The notes beneath the pieces are model-generated. The model was given only the letters and a program-made list of their open reading frames with translations. It was not told the DNA's origin and ran no database searches. The position numbers and the translations under genes are program-made. From an uncultured archaeon (GTDB taxonomy: Archaea; Asgardarchaeota; Thorarchaeia; Thorarchaeales; Thorarchaeaceae): a stretch of 32,895 nt of DNA. This document shows positions 9,208 through 18,080 of this stretch, in pieces; the first letter of the stretch is position 1, and the number at the start of each line of letters is the position of its first letter. Location of the stretch: positions 1 through 32,895 of the forward strand of contig CAZSWP010000041.1 in the NCBI GenBank assembly GCA_964610875.1, in the 5' to 3' direction.

Positions 9208-11330
9208 TAGTCCTTACCTCCAATTGTTATCTTCACATCAACAGCAGATACACCTTTTCCTTTCTCATAAGCAAATGCGGGATTGATATCAAGTTCCACA
9301 ATTTCATCAAACTCAGTCACAAGCTGACTAATACGTAGTATTGTATCCTCTATTGCAGTGATATCACTAGGACGTTCGCCTCGAACCCCCTTCAGGAGCG
9401 TTCCAATTTTCGTTTCCATGATCAGCTGTTTTGCGTCAGTTCTTGTCATGCGAGCCAGACGGAATGAGATGTCTTTGAGATAGTTGACAAAGATTCCTCC
9501 AGCCCCAAACATGATCAAGGGGCCGAATTGGACATCGCGAGAACAACCAATAATGAGTTCCTTGCCTTGCTCTGCCATTTCCTGGACATCAACTCCATAG
9601 ACAATTGCTTTTGGCATGTGTGTTCTCACATTATCTACAATATCGACAAATGCATTTTCGACTTCTTCAGGAGTTTTTAGACCAACCTTGATACCACCAA
9701 TATCGCTTTTATGGACAATATCAGGACTAGCAATCTTCATTACTATTGGAAAACCAAGTTCGTTTGCTAGTTCTTTTGCTTCTTCGGCAGTGGACGCCAA
9801 GCGAATTCTAGCAACAGGAATACCATAGGCTTCAGCTATCTCATGAGCTTCACTTCCAAGGAGTACTCTACGCCCATCTTCACGAACTTTGTTTATTACC
9901 TTCTTGACTACATCATGGTCTGCAGGAAACTTTGGTATGGGTTCATCTTTTAGTGAATCTCGATTAACAGTGTATTTGAAGAGTTCAGCGAGTGCGTGAA
10001 CTGCACGCTCGGGAAAATCAAATACAGGGATTCCACCATCAGTAAGTACAATACGTGGATACACCATTGAGTTGCCACCCATAAAAACAGCAATGAGCGG
10101 CTTGTTTGGATACTTCTTGTGAGCATCTACAATGACCTGTGCAGTTGCAGTTTCTTTAGTCATTGCTTGTGGTGTAAGTAGGACAATAACTGAATCAACA
10201 TTTTCATCTCTAAGAGAAGCTTCAATACATAACTGATAATCCTCAGGTTGAGCTGTTCCAAGAGCATCAATTGGATTGTATACGGCAGCTGCGGCTGGTA
10301 GATTCTCCTTCAAGTATTCAATGGTGTTAGATGATAGTTTTGCAATCTCAAGTCCTCCTGCCTCACAAGCATCAGTTGTGAGAATACCGGGACCTCCAGC
10401 ATTTGTAACAATAGCTACACGGTTCCCAGCAGGAAGATGCATGTCATCAAAAACGTTAGCTATATCGAAAAGCTCAGCCATACCTATTGCTCTACTGACT
10501 CCACTCTGCCGAAAAGCCACATCGTATGCGGTATCGCTTCCTGCAAGAGAACCTGTATGAGACGATGCTGCTCTAGCGCCAGCAGCACTTACTCCAGATT
10601 TGACAATAAAAATTGGTTTGTGAGGAATTACCTTCCTGCAGGCTTTCATAAATTTTCTTCCATCAACCACGGATTCAATATACAAGAGAAGGAAAGTAGA
10701 ATCGGGATCCTTTCCAAACGCCTCAATAAAATCAGCCTCATCCAATTGTGCTTTATTCCCAAGACTCACAAATTTTGAAAACCCAATTCTCTCCATGAGG
10801 CTCCAATCAAGAATTCCAGTCATCAAAGCACCAGATTGCGATGCAAAAGCAATTGTGCCTTTGGAAGGAGTACCTGCGGAAAAGGACGCATTGTAAGGAG
10901 CATGTGTGTTAATTATCCCAAGACAATTAGGACCTTGAATGACCATATCATACTGTTCAGCTAGCTCAATTAACTTCTTCTCAGCTTCCTGACCTTCATG
11001 TCCAATTTCTTTAAACCCAGCAGTTATTATTACTAGAGCGCGTACACCCTTCTCACCGCACTCCTCTACAGCTTTCAAGACAAAGCGAGCAGGTATGACA
11101 ATCACAGCAACATCAATATCACTAGCAATATCCTTCACTGACCGATAGACATGGTGATTAAGAATTTGACCACCTCGAGGATTGATCGGGTATATTCTAC
11201 CTTCAAAACCGCTATCAATCAGATTTCTCATCACGTCATTACCAAGTTTTCCCTTAGTCGATGATGCGCCAATCACTGCGACTGAGCGCGGGTTGAACAA
11301 AACATCAATTCCTTTCTGTCTATCTACCAT
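9207..11330 (-). CDS. Acetate--CoA ligase (ADP-forming), fused alpha/beta ACD
   Basis: PRSVAVIGAS, GPNCLG, SQSGAL, SLGNKA, SHTGSLAG (phospho-His), TNAGGPG, NPID, and a C-terminal ATP-grasp (VMKIASPDIVHKSDIGG...ELDINP). ATG 11330 preferred over GTG 11339. Confidence 0.96.
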   Translation of the reverse strand: MVDRQKGIDVLFNPRSVAVIGASSTKGKLGNDVMRNLIDSGFEGRIYPINPRGGQILNHHVYRSVKDIASDIDVAVIVIPARFVLKAVEECGEKGVRALVIITAGFKEIGHEGQEAEKKLIELAEQYDMVIQGPNCLGIINTHAPYNASFSAGTPSKGTIAFASQSGALMTGILDWSLMERIGFSKFVSLGNKAQLDEADFIEAFGKDPDSTFLLLYIESVVDGRKFMKACRKVIPHKPIFIVKSGVSAAGARAASSHTGSLAGSDTAYDVAFRQSGVSRAIGMAELFDIANVFDDMHLPAGNRVAIVTNAGGPGILTTDACEAGGLEIAKLSSNTIEYLKENLPAAAAVYNPIDALGTAQPEDYQLCIEASLRDENVDSVIVLLTPQAMTKETATAQVIVDAHKKYPNKPLIAVFMGGNSMVYPRIVLTDGGIPVFDFPERAVHALAELFKYTVNRDSLKDEPIPKFPADHDVVKKVINKVREDGRRVLLGSEAHEIAEAYGIPVARIRLASTAEEAKELANELGFPIVMKIASPDIVHKSDIGGIKVGLKTPEEVENAFVDIVDNVRTHMPKAIVYGVDVQEMAEQGKELIIGCSRDVQFGPLIMFGAGGIFVNYLKDISFRLARMTRTDAKQLIMETKIGTLLKGVRGERPSDITAIEDTILRISQLVTEFDEIVELDINPAFAYEKGKGVSAVDVKITIGGKD

Positions 11331-11472
11331 ACTGCACAACCCTGTTAGACCAATGGATTTTTTCCATCAGGTACTGATTATAACTCCTCTCTTAAAGGAT
11401 GTCGGCGATTTTCATTCCTTTCTACGGCAATCATGTAACACCAGTGCGATTGACTTGAGTTTGAACCCCAAG

Positions 11473-11485
11473 TGAGTATTACTCA
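11473..11485. promoter_or_regulatory. Palindromic operator candidate TGAGTA-T-TACTCA
   Basis: Perfect inverted repeat next to a TATA-like CTATAT (11489-11494), upstream of the RHH gene and in the intergenic region shared with divergent ACD. Confidence 0.5.
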
Positions 11486-11583
11486 ATGCTATATGTGTGT
11501 AAGACATAGATGACACCAGCGGAATACTCCAATGTTCTCATGGCAATACAAGCTATGAAGAGAAACAGATGGTGATTTGAAAA

Positions 11584-11724
11584 ATGAAACTCGTAACCTT
11601 GCATGTCCCTGAAACATACATCTCTGGTCTAGAGAAACTGGTAGAGAGCAATCTCTATCCAAATCGTTCTGAAGCAATAAGAATCGCAATCAGAGATCTT
11701 CTCAAGAGAGAGCTCTGGGGTTAA
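11584..11724 (+). CDS. CdrS/aCcr1-like ribbon-helix-helix transcription factor (46 aa; absent from the ORF track)
   Basis: MKLVTLHVPETYISGLEKLVESNLYPNRSEAIRIAIRDLLKRELWG* carries the YPNRSEAIR.A.RDLL signature; GGTGA RBS at 11571-11575. Confidence 0.93.
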   Translation: MKLVTLHVPETYISGLEKLVESNLYPNRSEAIRIAIRDLLKRELWG

Positions 11725-11889
11725 ACACACCTTAATACGCAGTTATGGGGAGCAGAGATAATCCTAGAAGTCTTCATCTGCCCCCTAAAGACTGCTGAGT
11801 TGATGGGAGGATTTCGGCGTCAAATCTGCAGGATAGAAACTACTGCTATTTGATTCAAACCAAGTTTTGTAAACTAATGAAATACCACT

Positions 11890-12864
11890 TCACTCAATTG
11901 GACCTAATGTATCGATCAACCATTGAACATATTTCTGCACTCCTAGTTCTAATGGAGTGCTAGGATTCCACCCATAGGATTTCAACAGACTGATATCAAT
12001 ATCAGTTAGCACGACATCGCCAGCCCATCCGCGGTCACTTCCAGTGAATTCAATGCTAGCATCGGGAATCTGACAAGACTCCAAGACTAACTCCGCGATT
12101 CTTGTCACAGTCAATCTTTCACCAGAACCAATATTGACTGGTAAGTAGCCTTTGGGCATTTTCCTTGCAAGAAGCGAGATGGCGTCAACAGCATCATCTA
12201 CATGCATGTACGCTTTCTCTTGTTTCCCATTACCTAAGACTTCTAATCTTGAGGGATCTCTTTTTACTTTCATGTAGAAGTCGTAGATTACGCCATGTGT
12301 AGAACGAGGACCAATTATGTTAGCAAATCGCAGACTTATTGCATCAATTCCATATAACTCTGCATAAGAGGAGAGATACATTTCGAAAGCACCCTTAGCA
12401 GCACCATAGTTGCTGATAGGACGAAAAGCTACTTTTTCGGGGGTTGGAAATACATCAGTTTCCCCATAAACAGTCCCACCTGAAGAGGCAAACATCATTC
12501 GTTTCAGCCCAGTTTTTCGCATAGCTTCTAAGAGACGCATGCTTCCTATCACGTTTATTTCAAAGTCCCAATATGGTCTATCCACACTAAGTCGAACATC
12601 AGGTTGTGCAGCAAAATGGAATACCGTGGTGACGCCGTTCAAAGCTTGAAGCAAGTCGTCTTCATTTAGGATAGACCCTTCAATGAAGTTAAGATGCTTA
12701 TTTGAACTGTGCTGTTTTAGATTTTCCAATGAGCCACCTGAGAGATCATCTAGAACTGTCACTTCGTAGTCGAGAATGAGTTTATCGACGAGATGACTTC
12801 CAATGAATCCGGCTCCTCCAGTTACTAAGACTCTTTCCATGTTCCACGCCTCTTTGTAGCTCAT
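11890..12864 (-). CDS. NAD-dependent epimerase/dehydratase (UDP-glucose 4-epimerase-like)
   Basis: VTGGAGFIGSHL, HFAA, ASSGGTVYG, YGAAK (YxxxK). True start may be ATG 12840. Confidence 0.94.
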   Translation of the reverse strand: MSYKEAWNMERVLVTGGAGFIGSHLVDKLILDYEVTVLDDLSGGSLENLKQHSSNKHLNFIEGSILNEDDLLQALNGVTTVFHFAAQPDVRLSVDRPYWDFEINVIGSMRLLEAMRKTGLKRMMFASSGGTVYGETDVFPTPEKVAFRPISNYGAAKGAFEMYLSSYAELYGIDAISLRFANIIGPRSTHGVIYDFYMKVKRDPSRLEVLGNGKQEKAYMHVDDAVDAISLLARKMPKGYLPVNIGSGERLTVTRIAELVLESCQIPDASIEFTGSDRGWAGDVVLTDIDISLLKSYGWNPSTPLELGVQKYVQWLIDTLGPIE

Positions 12865-12887
12865 CTTTGTTAATCGAATAAAGGTTG

Positions 12888-13457
12888 CTATGCATAAAAC
12901 TTAGTTTGTTTCAGAATTCTATCCAAGAGTTTAGTGACTGTTGGATTATCCTCTTCTTTATTCCATTGCCTGACAAACTCCTTGTGAATCAACATGTATT
13001 CGAGGGCAAAGTTACCCATTTGGAATAGCTCTTCGTCAGTGACAATGATGTCCTCTTCTAATCCAGGACAAATCTCTTTCATAGCACTAAGACCCCATGA
13101 AATACCTCCATCTTCCTCTCTTGAGAAAGTAAAAGGAAAAGACCTACATACAACAGGTCTCTCAGGATGAATCATACAGAGATTGTTCTTTAGAAAAATG
13201 CAGGAGCCATCCTTCATCTTTTTCAACGCAGGATAAGCCAAACCCTGTTCAGTCTTCACGGCAATGCTCTTTGAAAGACCGACTGGTGGTTCTTCATCCT
13301 CAGACAAGATATAGAAATCAAGAACGCGAGTCATCTCTTCAGAGCTTAGACCCAAGCTAGTTGCTATTCGGACAATATCACCCCCGGTGACTGTAACTAT
13401 CAAATCCTTAGTTCTACAACAAGCTCCACATTTGGTACATGAGAATCTGGCAGGCAT
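12888..13457 (-). CDS. YkgJ-family (CxxCxxCC) cysteine-cluster protein
   Basis: FSCTKCGACC...CIFL..NLCMIHPERPVVCRSFPF...CPG; start placed at MPARF. Confidence 0.9.
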   Translation of the reverse strand: MPARFSCTKCGACCRTKDLIVTVTGGDIVRIATSLGLSSEEMTRVLDFYILSEDEEPPVGLSKSIAVKTEQGLAYPALKKMKDGSCIFLKNNLCMIHPERPVVCRSFPFTFSREEDGGISWGLSAMKEICPGLEEDIIVTDEELFQMGNFALEYMLIHKEFVRQWNKEEDNPTVTKLLDRILKQTKFYA

Positions 13458-13496
13458 CCTTGAAAGCCTCAGAGATTGAAGGGATAGCTTGTTCAT

Positions 13497-14663
13497 TTAT
13501 CTAATGGTTTCAAGAAATGCAGCCATCTTCTGTATGCCTTCTTCAATCACCGGAAGAGAACTCGCAAAGGAGAAACGTAGATGATAGTCAAATGATTCCC
13601 CGAAAACTCTCCCAGGTGCAGTTGTGACACCTGCTTTTTTCAGCATGAGTTCAGCAAGGGTATTGCTTGACAGACCATAATCACTGAAATCAGGAAATAC
13701 ATAGAATGCACCCATCGGATTTATGCATTCAATACCAGATATCTCACATAACATCTCTTGAATTCGATCACGACGACGTTGATATTCTTGTTTCATCATC
13801 TCTATGAAACTCTGATCACCCATTAATGCCTCAACTCCCGCCTCCTGAACGAAAGAGGTAGCACATGATGTGGTATTCTGTTGTATTCTGACCATATTGT
13901 TAATTGTTTCAGCACTACAGATCCCGTATCCTAATCTCCAGCCTGTCATAGCGTAAGCTTTTGAGAAACCATTGATAACCATCGTGCGTTCCATTTCCGG
14001 GTCAACTTGTAGCATAGAAGTCTGTTTGAAGCCATCATAGACAAGTGATTCGTATATTTCATCACTGAATACAACAAAGTCTTCATCCTCAGCTAGATCA
14101 TAGATGAACTTGAGTTGATCCTTTGTTAAAATTCCGCCCGTAGGGTTATTTGGACTATTGATAACTAGCGCACTCACTTGCTTATTTGCCCTAGCTTTTA
14201 GTGCCTCTTCATCTAGAACATATCCCGGTAAGGTTGGAATATCAACAGGCTTTGCTCCAGCATTTCTAACAAGGACTCGGTATGTAGGCCATGCAGGTGA
14301 GAGTAGCATGACATCATCACCCCGGTCTATTGTTGCCAGAATCCCTTGAAAGAGGGCCATTTTTGCCCCGGGAGTAACTATCACGTTCTTCGAACCATCA
14401 ATTTCAATATCCCTCCGTCTATAGAGGTCTTCAATGGCATCAAGAAGATTTGGAATTCCACGTGCAGATGTGTATCTGGTTTTTCCATTGTGTAGTGCGG
14501 TGATAGCAGCCTCAACAACATTAGGAGGTGTAGGAAAATCAGGTTGACCAACCTCAAAATGATAGACCGTTCGCCCTTCAGCTTCAAGTCTGTTTGCGAG
14601 TTCAAATATTTTCAGCGTCCCGGACGCTGGTATGTGTTCCATGTGATGTGATGTCCAGTCCAT
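13497..14663 (-). CDS. PLP-dependent class I/II aminotransferase (aspartate aminotransferase-like)
   Basis: GQPDFPTP, NSPNNPTG, SDEIY, GFSKAYAMTGWRLGY. Confidence 0.96.
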   Translation of the reverse strand: MDWTSHHMEHIPASGTLKIFELANRLEAEGRTVYHFEVGQPDFPTPPNVVEAAITALHNGKTRYTSARGIPNLLDAIEDLYRRRDIEIDGSKNVIVTPGAKMALFQGILATIDRGDDVMLLSPAWPTYRVLVRNAGAKPVDIPTLPGYVLDEEALKARANKQVSALVINSPNNPTGGILTKDQLKFIYDLAEDEDFVVFSDEIYESLVYDGFKQTSMLQVDPEMERTMVINGFSKAYAMTGWRLGYGICSAETINNMVRIQQNTTSCATSFVQEAGVEALMGDQSFIEMMKQEYQRRRDRIQEMLCEISGIECINPMGAFYVFPDFSDYGLSSNTLAELMLKKAGVTTAPGRVFGESFDYHLRFSFASSLPVIEEGIQKMAAFLETIR

Positions 14664-14756
14664 CAGATTGCCACCACAAATTGGGCAATTTATTCGCGGC
14701 GCACCGCGGGTGTCCCGCCAAACGTAATACAGTTATATCCCTTTTGGATTGGTATA

Positions 14757-15578
14757 TTACACACTTCTACATCTTTCTTTTATTTTTTGTATCTGATGGT
14801 CTGTGCCATGAACAGAAATATGCTCGGGTAACACCACACCAAGACCAAGTTCAGCAGCTCTTTTCAAGTGGGGGATAGACACCGGGTCGATATCAAAAAG
14901 AGTTGCACAGTAAGCATCCACTGCTATTGGGTCTGTACCTATTACAACACCACCAATGTGGACATTCTTCCCAGTATCACGGTTGCCAAATACCACATTA
15001 GTCAAGTCCATTATTGTGACATCAGGTTTTATCAGAGATAGAATGTCCATTAAAACTGAATCTATATTGGAGTGATATACGCTCTTATCGGTTTCAGGCA
15101 ATAAACCAAAGAGATTCTTAGTTCCACCGCTTAATCCTGAAACATTGGACGATGTTTTCAAACTAGGCACATTTACCAAAAGATCATTACTAAGTAAGAT
15201 GTTAGGTATTTCATGAGATTTGAAGAAATGTCCAGCCATTTGCACTTTTATCCGTTCTACCTTTGATAGATTAACAAGCTGTACCTCTTCTACAAAATCA
15301 TCATAACCCATCATTTTGAAAGCATATTCAGTAGTACGTATAGGGCTATCACTTTCAACGACATCAATGGGAGCAATATTGCTAAAAGTCTGGATAATTG
15401 CACTCATCATCTCAGTAGATGTATTTCCTATGATATCAGGGTTATAGATTGCAGGTTTTAGAATAATACGTTTCATACTCTCTCGTATAGAGATAGGATT
15501 TGGCATCTTTGATATTGCCGTGCGTAATGCATCTAAAGGCGTGTGTTTCACTGCAACCGTGACCTCAGCGGATTCCAT
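14757..15578 (-). CDS. DUF362 domain protein
   Basis: IILKP, VVESDS, LVNVPSLKT, KNLFGLLP, PDVTIMD, TDPIAVDAY...HLKRAAELGLG. Confidence 0.85.
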   Translation of the reverse strand: MESAEVTVAVKHTPLDALRTAISKMPNPISIRESMKRIILKPAIYNPDIIGNTSTEMMSAIIQTFSNIAPIDVVESDSPIRTTEYAFKMMGYDDFVEEVQLVNLSKVERIKVQMAGHFFKSHEIPNILLSNDLLVNVPSLKTSSNVSGLSGGTKNLFGLLPETDKSVYHSNIDSVLMDILSLIKPDVTIMDLTNVVFGNRDTGKNVHIGGVVIGTDPIAVDAYCATLFDIDPVSIPHLKRAAELGLGVVLPEHISVHGTDHQIQKIKERCRSV

Positions 15579-15633
15579 AGCATCCCGTTTTCACTGCAAG
15601 GCTTAAGTGAATTGTGAATTCTACATATTCAGT

Positions 15634-16389
15634 ATGGAACTCAATTCTTCACAATTGGAACGATACTCACGAACGCTGAATTTGTATAATATTTCGAAAG
15701 AAGATATAATGCAAATCATGAAAAAGAGGATAGCAATGGTAGGGGCAGGAGGTATTGGAAGTCCAACACTACGTCTTCTAACATCAGTCGGTTTTGGCAA
15801 TATTAGGATTATTGATGGTGATGTTGTCGAACTCTCTAACATACAAAGACAAAATATCTACGACACTACTGATATTGGAAAACCTAAAGCACCCATAGCT
15901 GCAAAGAATTTGAGAAGACAGAACCCGGAAGTGAGTTTTGAGTCAATATCAGAGTGGATTGATGAAAAAAATGCAGAGAAGATTCTGTCGGATGTCGATA
16001 TTATCGTGGATGGACTCGACTCATTTGAATCACGAAGAATTGTAAATCAAATAAGCGTTAACAAAAGAATCCCCTATATTTTTGCAGGGGCTGTGGAGTA
16101 CTTTGCTAACCTTTCTACGTTCATTCCCGGAAAGACAGGATGCTTCTATTGCACCCTCGGGAATGCAAAAGATAATCCATCTCAAACAGCATCAGCAATA
16201 GGTGTATCACCGGCACTTCTTTCTATAGTTGCAGGAATTGCTGCGCATGAAGCGATATATCTCGCTATTGGTGCATCTCCAAAACTCACGGGAAAGCTAA
16301 TGACAATTGATTTGGATTCATTTAGCTTCGATCTTTTCGACATTGCACGAGCTGAAGATTGTCCTGTGTGTTCGAAATTGTGGGTTTAA
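15634..16389 (+). CDS. ThiF/MoeB/UbaA (E1-like) adenylyltransferase
   Basis: ERYSR, VGAGGIGS, DGDVVELSNIQRQ, GKPKA, VDGLDS, CxxC...CPVC zinc site; ATG 15634 preferred. Confidence 0.93.
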   Translation: MELNSSQLERYSRTLNLYNISKEDIMQIMKKRIAMVGAGGIGSPTLRLLTSVGFGNIRIIDGDVVELSNIQRQNIYDTTDIGKPKAPIAAKNLRRQNPEVSFESISEWIDEKNAEKILSDVDIIVDGLDSFESRRIVNQISVNKRIPYIFAGAVEYFANLSTFIPGKTGCFYCTLGNAKDNPSQTASAIGVSPALLSIVAGIAAHEAIYLAIGASPKLTGKLMTIDLDSFSFDLFDIARAEDCPVCSKLWV

Positions 16390-17426
16390 GCCCCAAAGAA
16401 TAATCGTCGTGCTCTTCGACGTCTTTCCTCTTCTGTTTCGTCTTGTTCAGGCGGAGGTGGTGGAGGAGGTGGTGTTTGCGATTCATCAGTTTCTTCTTCA
16501 GAAGATTCGGTATCATTATCTTCTTCGGATTCACGGGCTTCATCAGGTAATGAAGGAGGTTCATCCATCGGACTCCAAGCTTTAGGTTTTTCTTCAAGAT
16601 TGGCTTCATCTTCTTCCACAGGAGTGCTAGTTTCATCTGAGTGAATATCACTGACTTTATCCATTTCTTCTTCATAGTCTTTCCAAGTGAAGCTCTCATC
16701 ATCTTCATTAGGTGGAGGAGTAGGCTCAGCTATGGAGGGAGATGCTTCGAATTCCTTATCTTCATCTTCAGATACTGGTACATCTTCTGGCTCATCCTGA
16801 TCGGCTTCAACAACCAATGGTTCTGGTTCATCAAAATCAAAGTCAGTTCCAAAATCGCGAGGCTCACCCTCAAGGATATCATCAGCAGTCATTGAACCTT
16901 CCTTTGGAATCATAAAATCAAGTGATACTGGTTCTATTGATTCTTCTCCCATTGCCTTTGTTTCTGAGTCTTCTGTTTCTATTTCATCAGACACCTCTGT
17001 GTCGTATATAGTATCCTCTTCAGAAACTTCATCATGCATGATTGCAATATCCTCGGAGTTATCAATTCCATCTACATCAAGTTCAATTTCCGATGCCAAT
17101 TCTTCAGATACGGATTCATCTAGCTCCGATTCCTCCAATATATCATCATCTGTGGGTGACTCTATCAGATCATCTCTGAAAGCTTCATCTGCAACTCTTT
17201 CTCTTTCTACTTCAGAGGAGAAGCTAACACCCAATTTATGACTCAAACATTGTTCACAGCGTTTCGCAGCAGCGACTAATCCATCATGTAAGAATTCTTC
17301 AATCGGTTTCGCTTTACCTTCATTCCTCTTAGACCATCTCAGGAAGGAATCTACCATTCTGAGTGCATCACGTACACCCATCCAATAATCGTCAGATCTA
17401 CCATTTTCTGAAGTCACATGGGACAC
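16386..17426 (-). CDS. Acidic, largely disordered protein with polyproline tract
   Basis: Helical N-terminal ~70 aa (DDYWMGVRDALRMVDSF..., CEQC), long D/E-rich region, P8 tract, C-terminal EEERRRRARRLFFGA. Confidence 0.85.
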   Translation of the reverse strand: MSHVTSENGRSDDYWMGVRDALRMVDSFLRWSKRNEGKAKPIEEFLHDGLVAAAKRCEQCLSHKLGVSFSSEVERERVADEAFRDDLIESPTDDDILEESELDESVSEELASEIELDVDGIDNSEDIAIMHDEVSEEDTIYDTEVSDEIETEDSETKAMGEESIEPVSLDFMIPKEGSMTADDILEGEPRDFGTDFDFDEPEPLVVEADQDEPEDVPVSEDEDKEFEASPSIAEPTPPPNEDDESFTWKDYEEEMDKVSDIHSDETSTPVEEDEANLEEKPKAWSPMDEPPSLPDEARESEEDNDTESSEEETDESQTPPPPPPPPEQDETEEERRRRARRLFFGA

Positions 17427-17494
17427 CTGTTTTAATTTTGTATGATGATGAGAAAAGGATTTCCATCACATAGGTCATGTGCACTGTCGCGTCA

Positions 17495-17938
17495 TCACTC
17501 TTTTTCTGAGAGTATTTCTTCGACCATGTCGCCAAAGACGGACAATAATTCTTTCTTTTTGAAATCATCAAACTCTGACTCAACAATGAAAACCCTTGTT
17601 GGAATACCACTACCTAGATTCTCACGTATCTCGTTGCGATACACTCTTTCTAAATCAATATTGGGTTCCTTCATCACAATCAGGACAGCACTTGCACCCT
17701 TGTATGTCATAGTGAGTAAGACATCAAGAGCAGAACGTTTCGGGGACATGGTAACAGCTTTTACATCAGTATAATCAGTTTCTAATTCTGTGGATGTTAT
17801 TCTGATTCCATCAACCGCTACAACATCCTGATTGATTGTTGACAACACCTCTTCCAAGAGTTTGTCATCGGGTCCGACAATTGTGATCTTGAATAAGTAT
17901 CGTTTTCGTTTCGGGTCGGAGTTGCTTCTAGGATTCAT
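17495..17938 (-). CDS. Degenerate Rab/Ras-like small GTPase-fold protein (pseudo-GTPase)
   Basis: YLFKITIVG and TYKGASAVLIV resemble Rab YLFKxxLIG and YYRGAxGALLV; G1, G3 and G4 motifs are absent. GGAGG RBS. Confidence 0.65.
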   Translation of the reverse strand: MNPRSNSDPKRKRYLFKITIVGPDDKLLEEVLSTINQDVVAVDGIRITSTELETDYTDVKAVTMSPKRSALDVLLTMTYKGASAVLIVMKEPNIDLERVYRNEIRENLGSGIPTRVFIVESEFDDFKKKELLSVFGDMVEEILSEKE

Positions 17939-18080
17939 TGATTCAACCTCCTTTTACCAAAGATAGTGGTTTCTGCTCTAGTTTCACAATACTTCTAGAG
18001 CAGATATGTGTTATGTGCGATAAATAATATAGCCATAAACTCTTAAGACATCACTTATGGACTCGATTTGGTGAAGAGTA

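Noticed and set aside
11489-11689. 66-aa minus-strand ORF
   Set aside because: Shadow of the plus-strand RHH gene at 11584-11724.
16322-16708. 128-aa Lys/Met/His-rich ORF
   Set aside because: Alternative-frame shadow of the acidic low-complexity gene.
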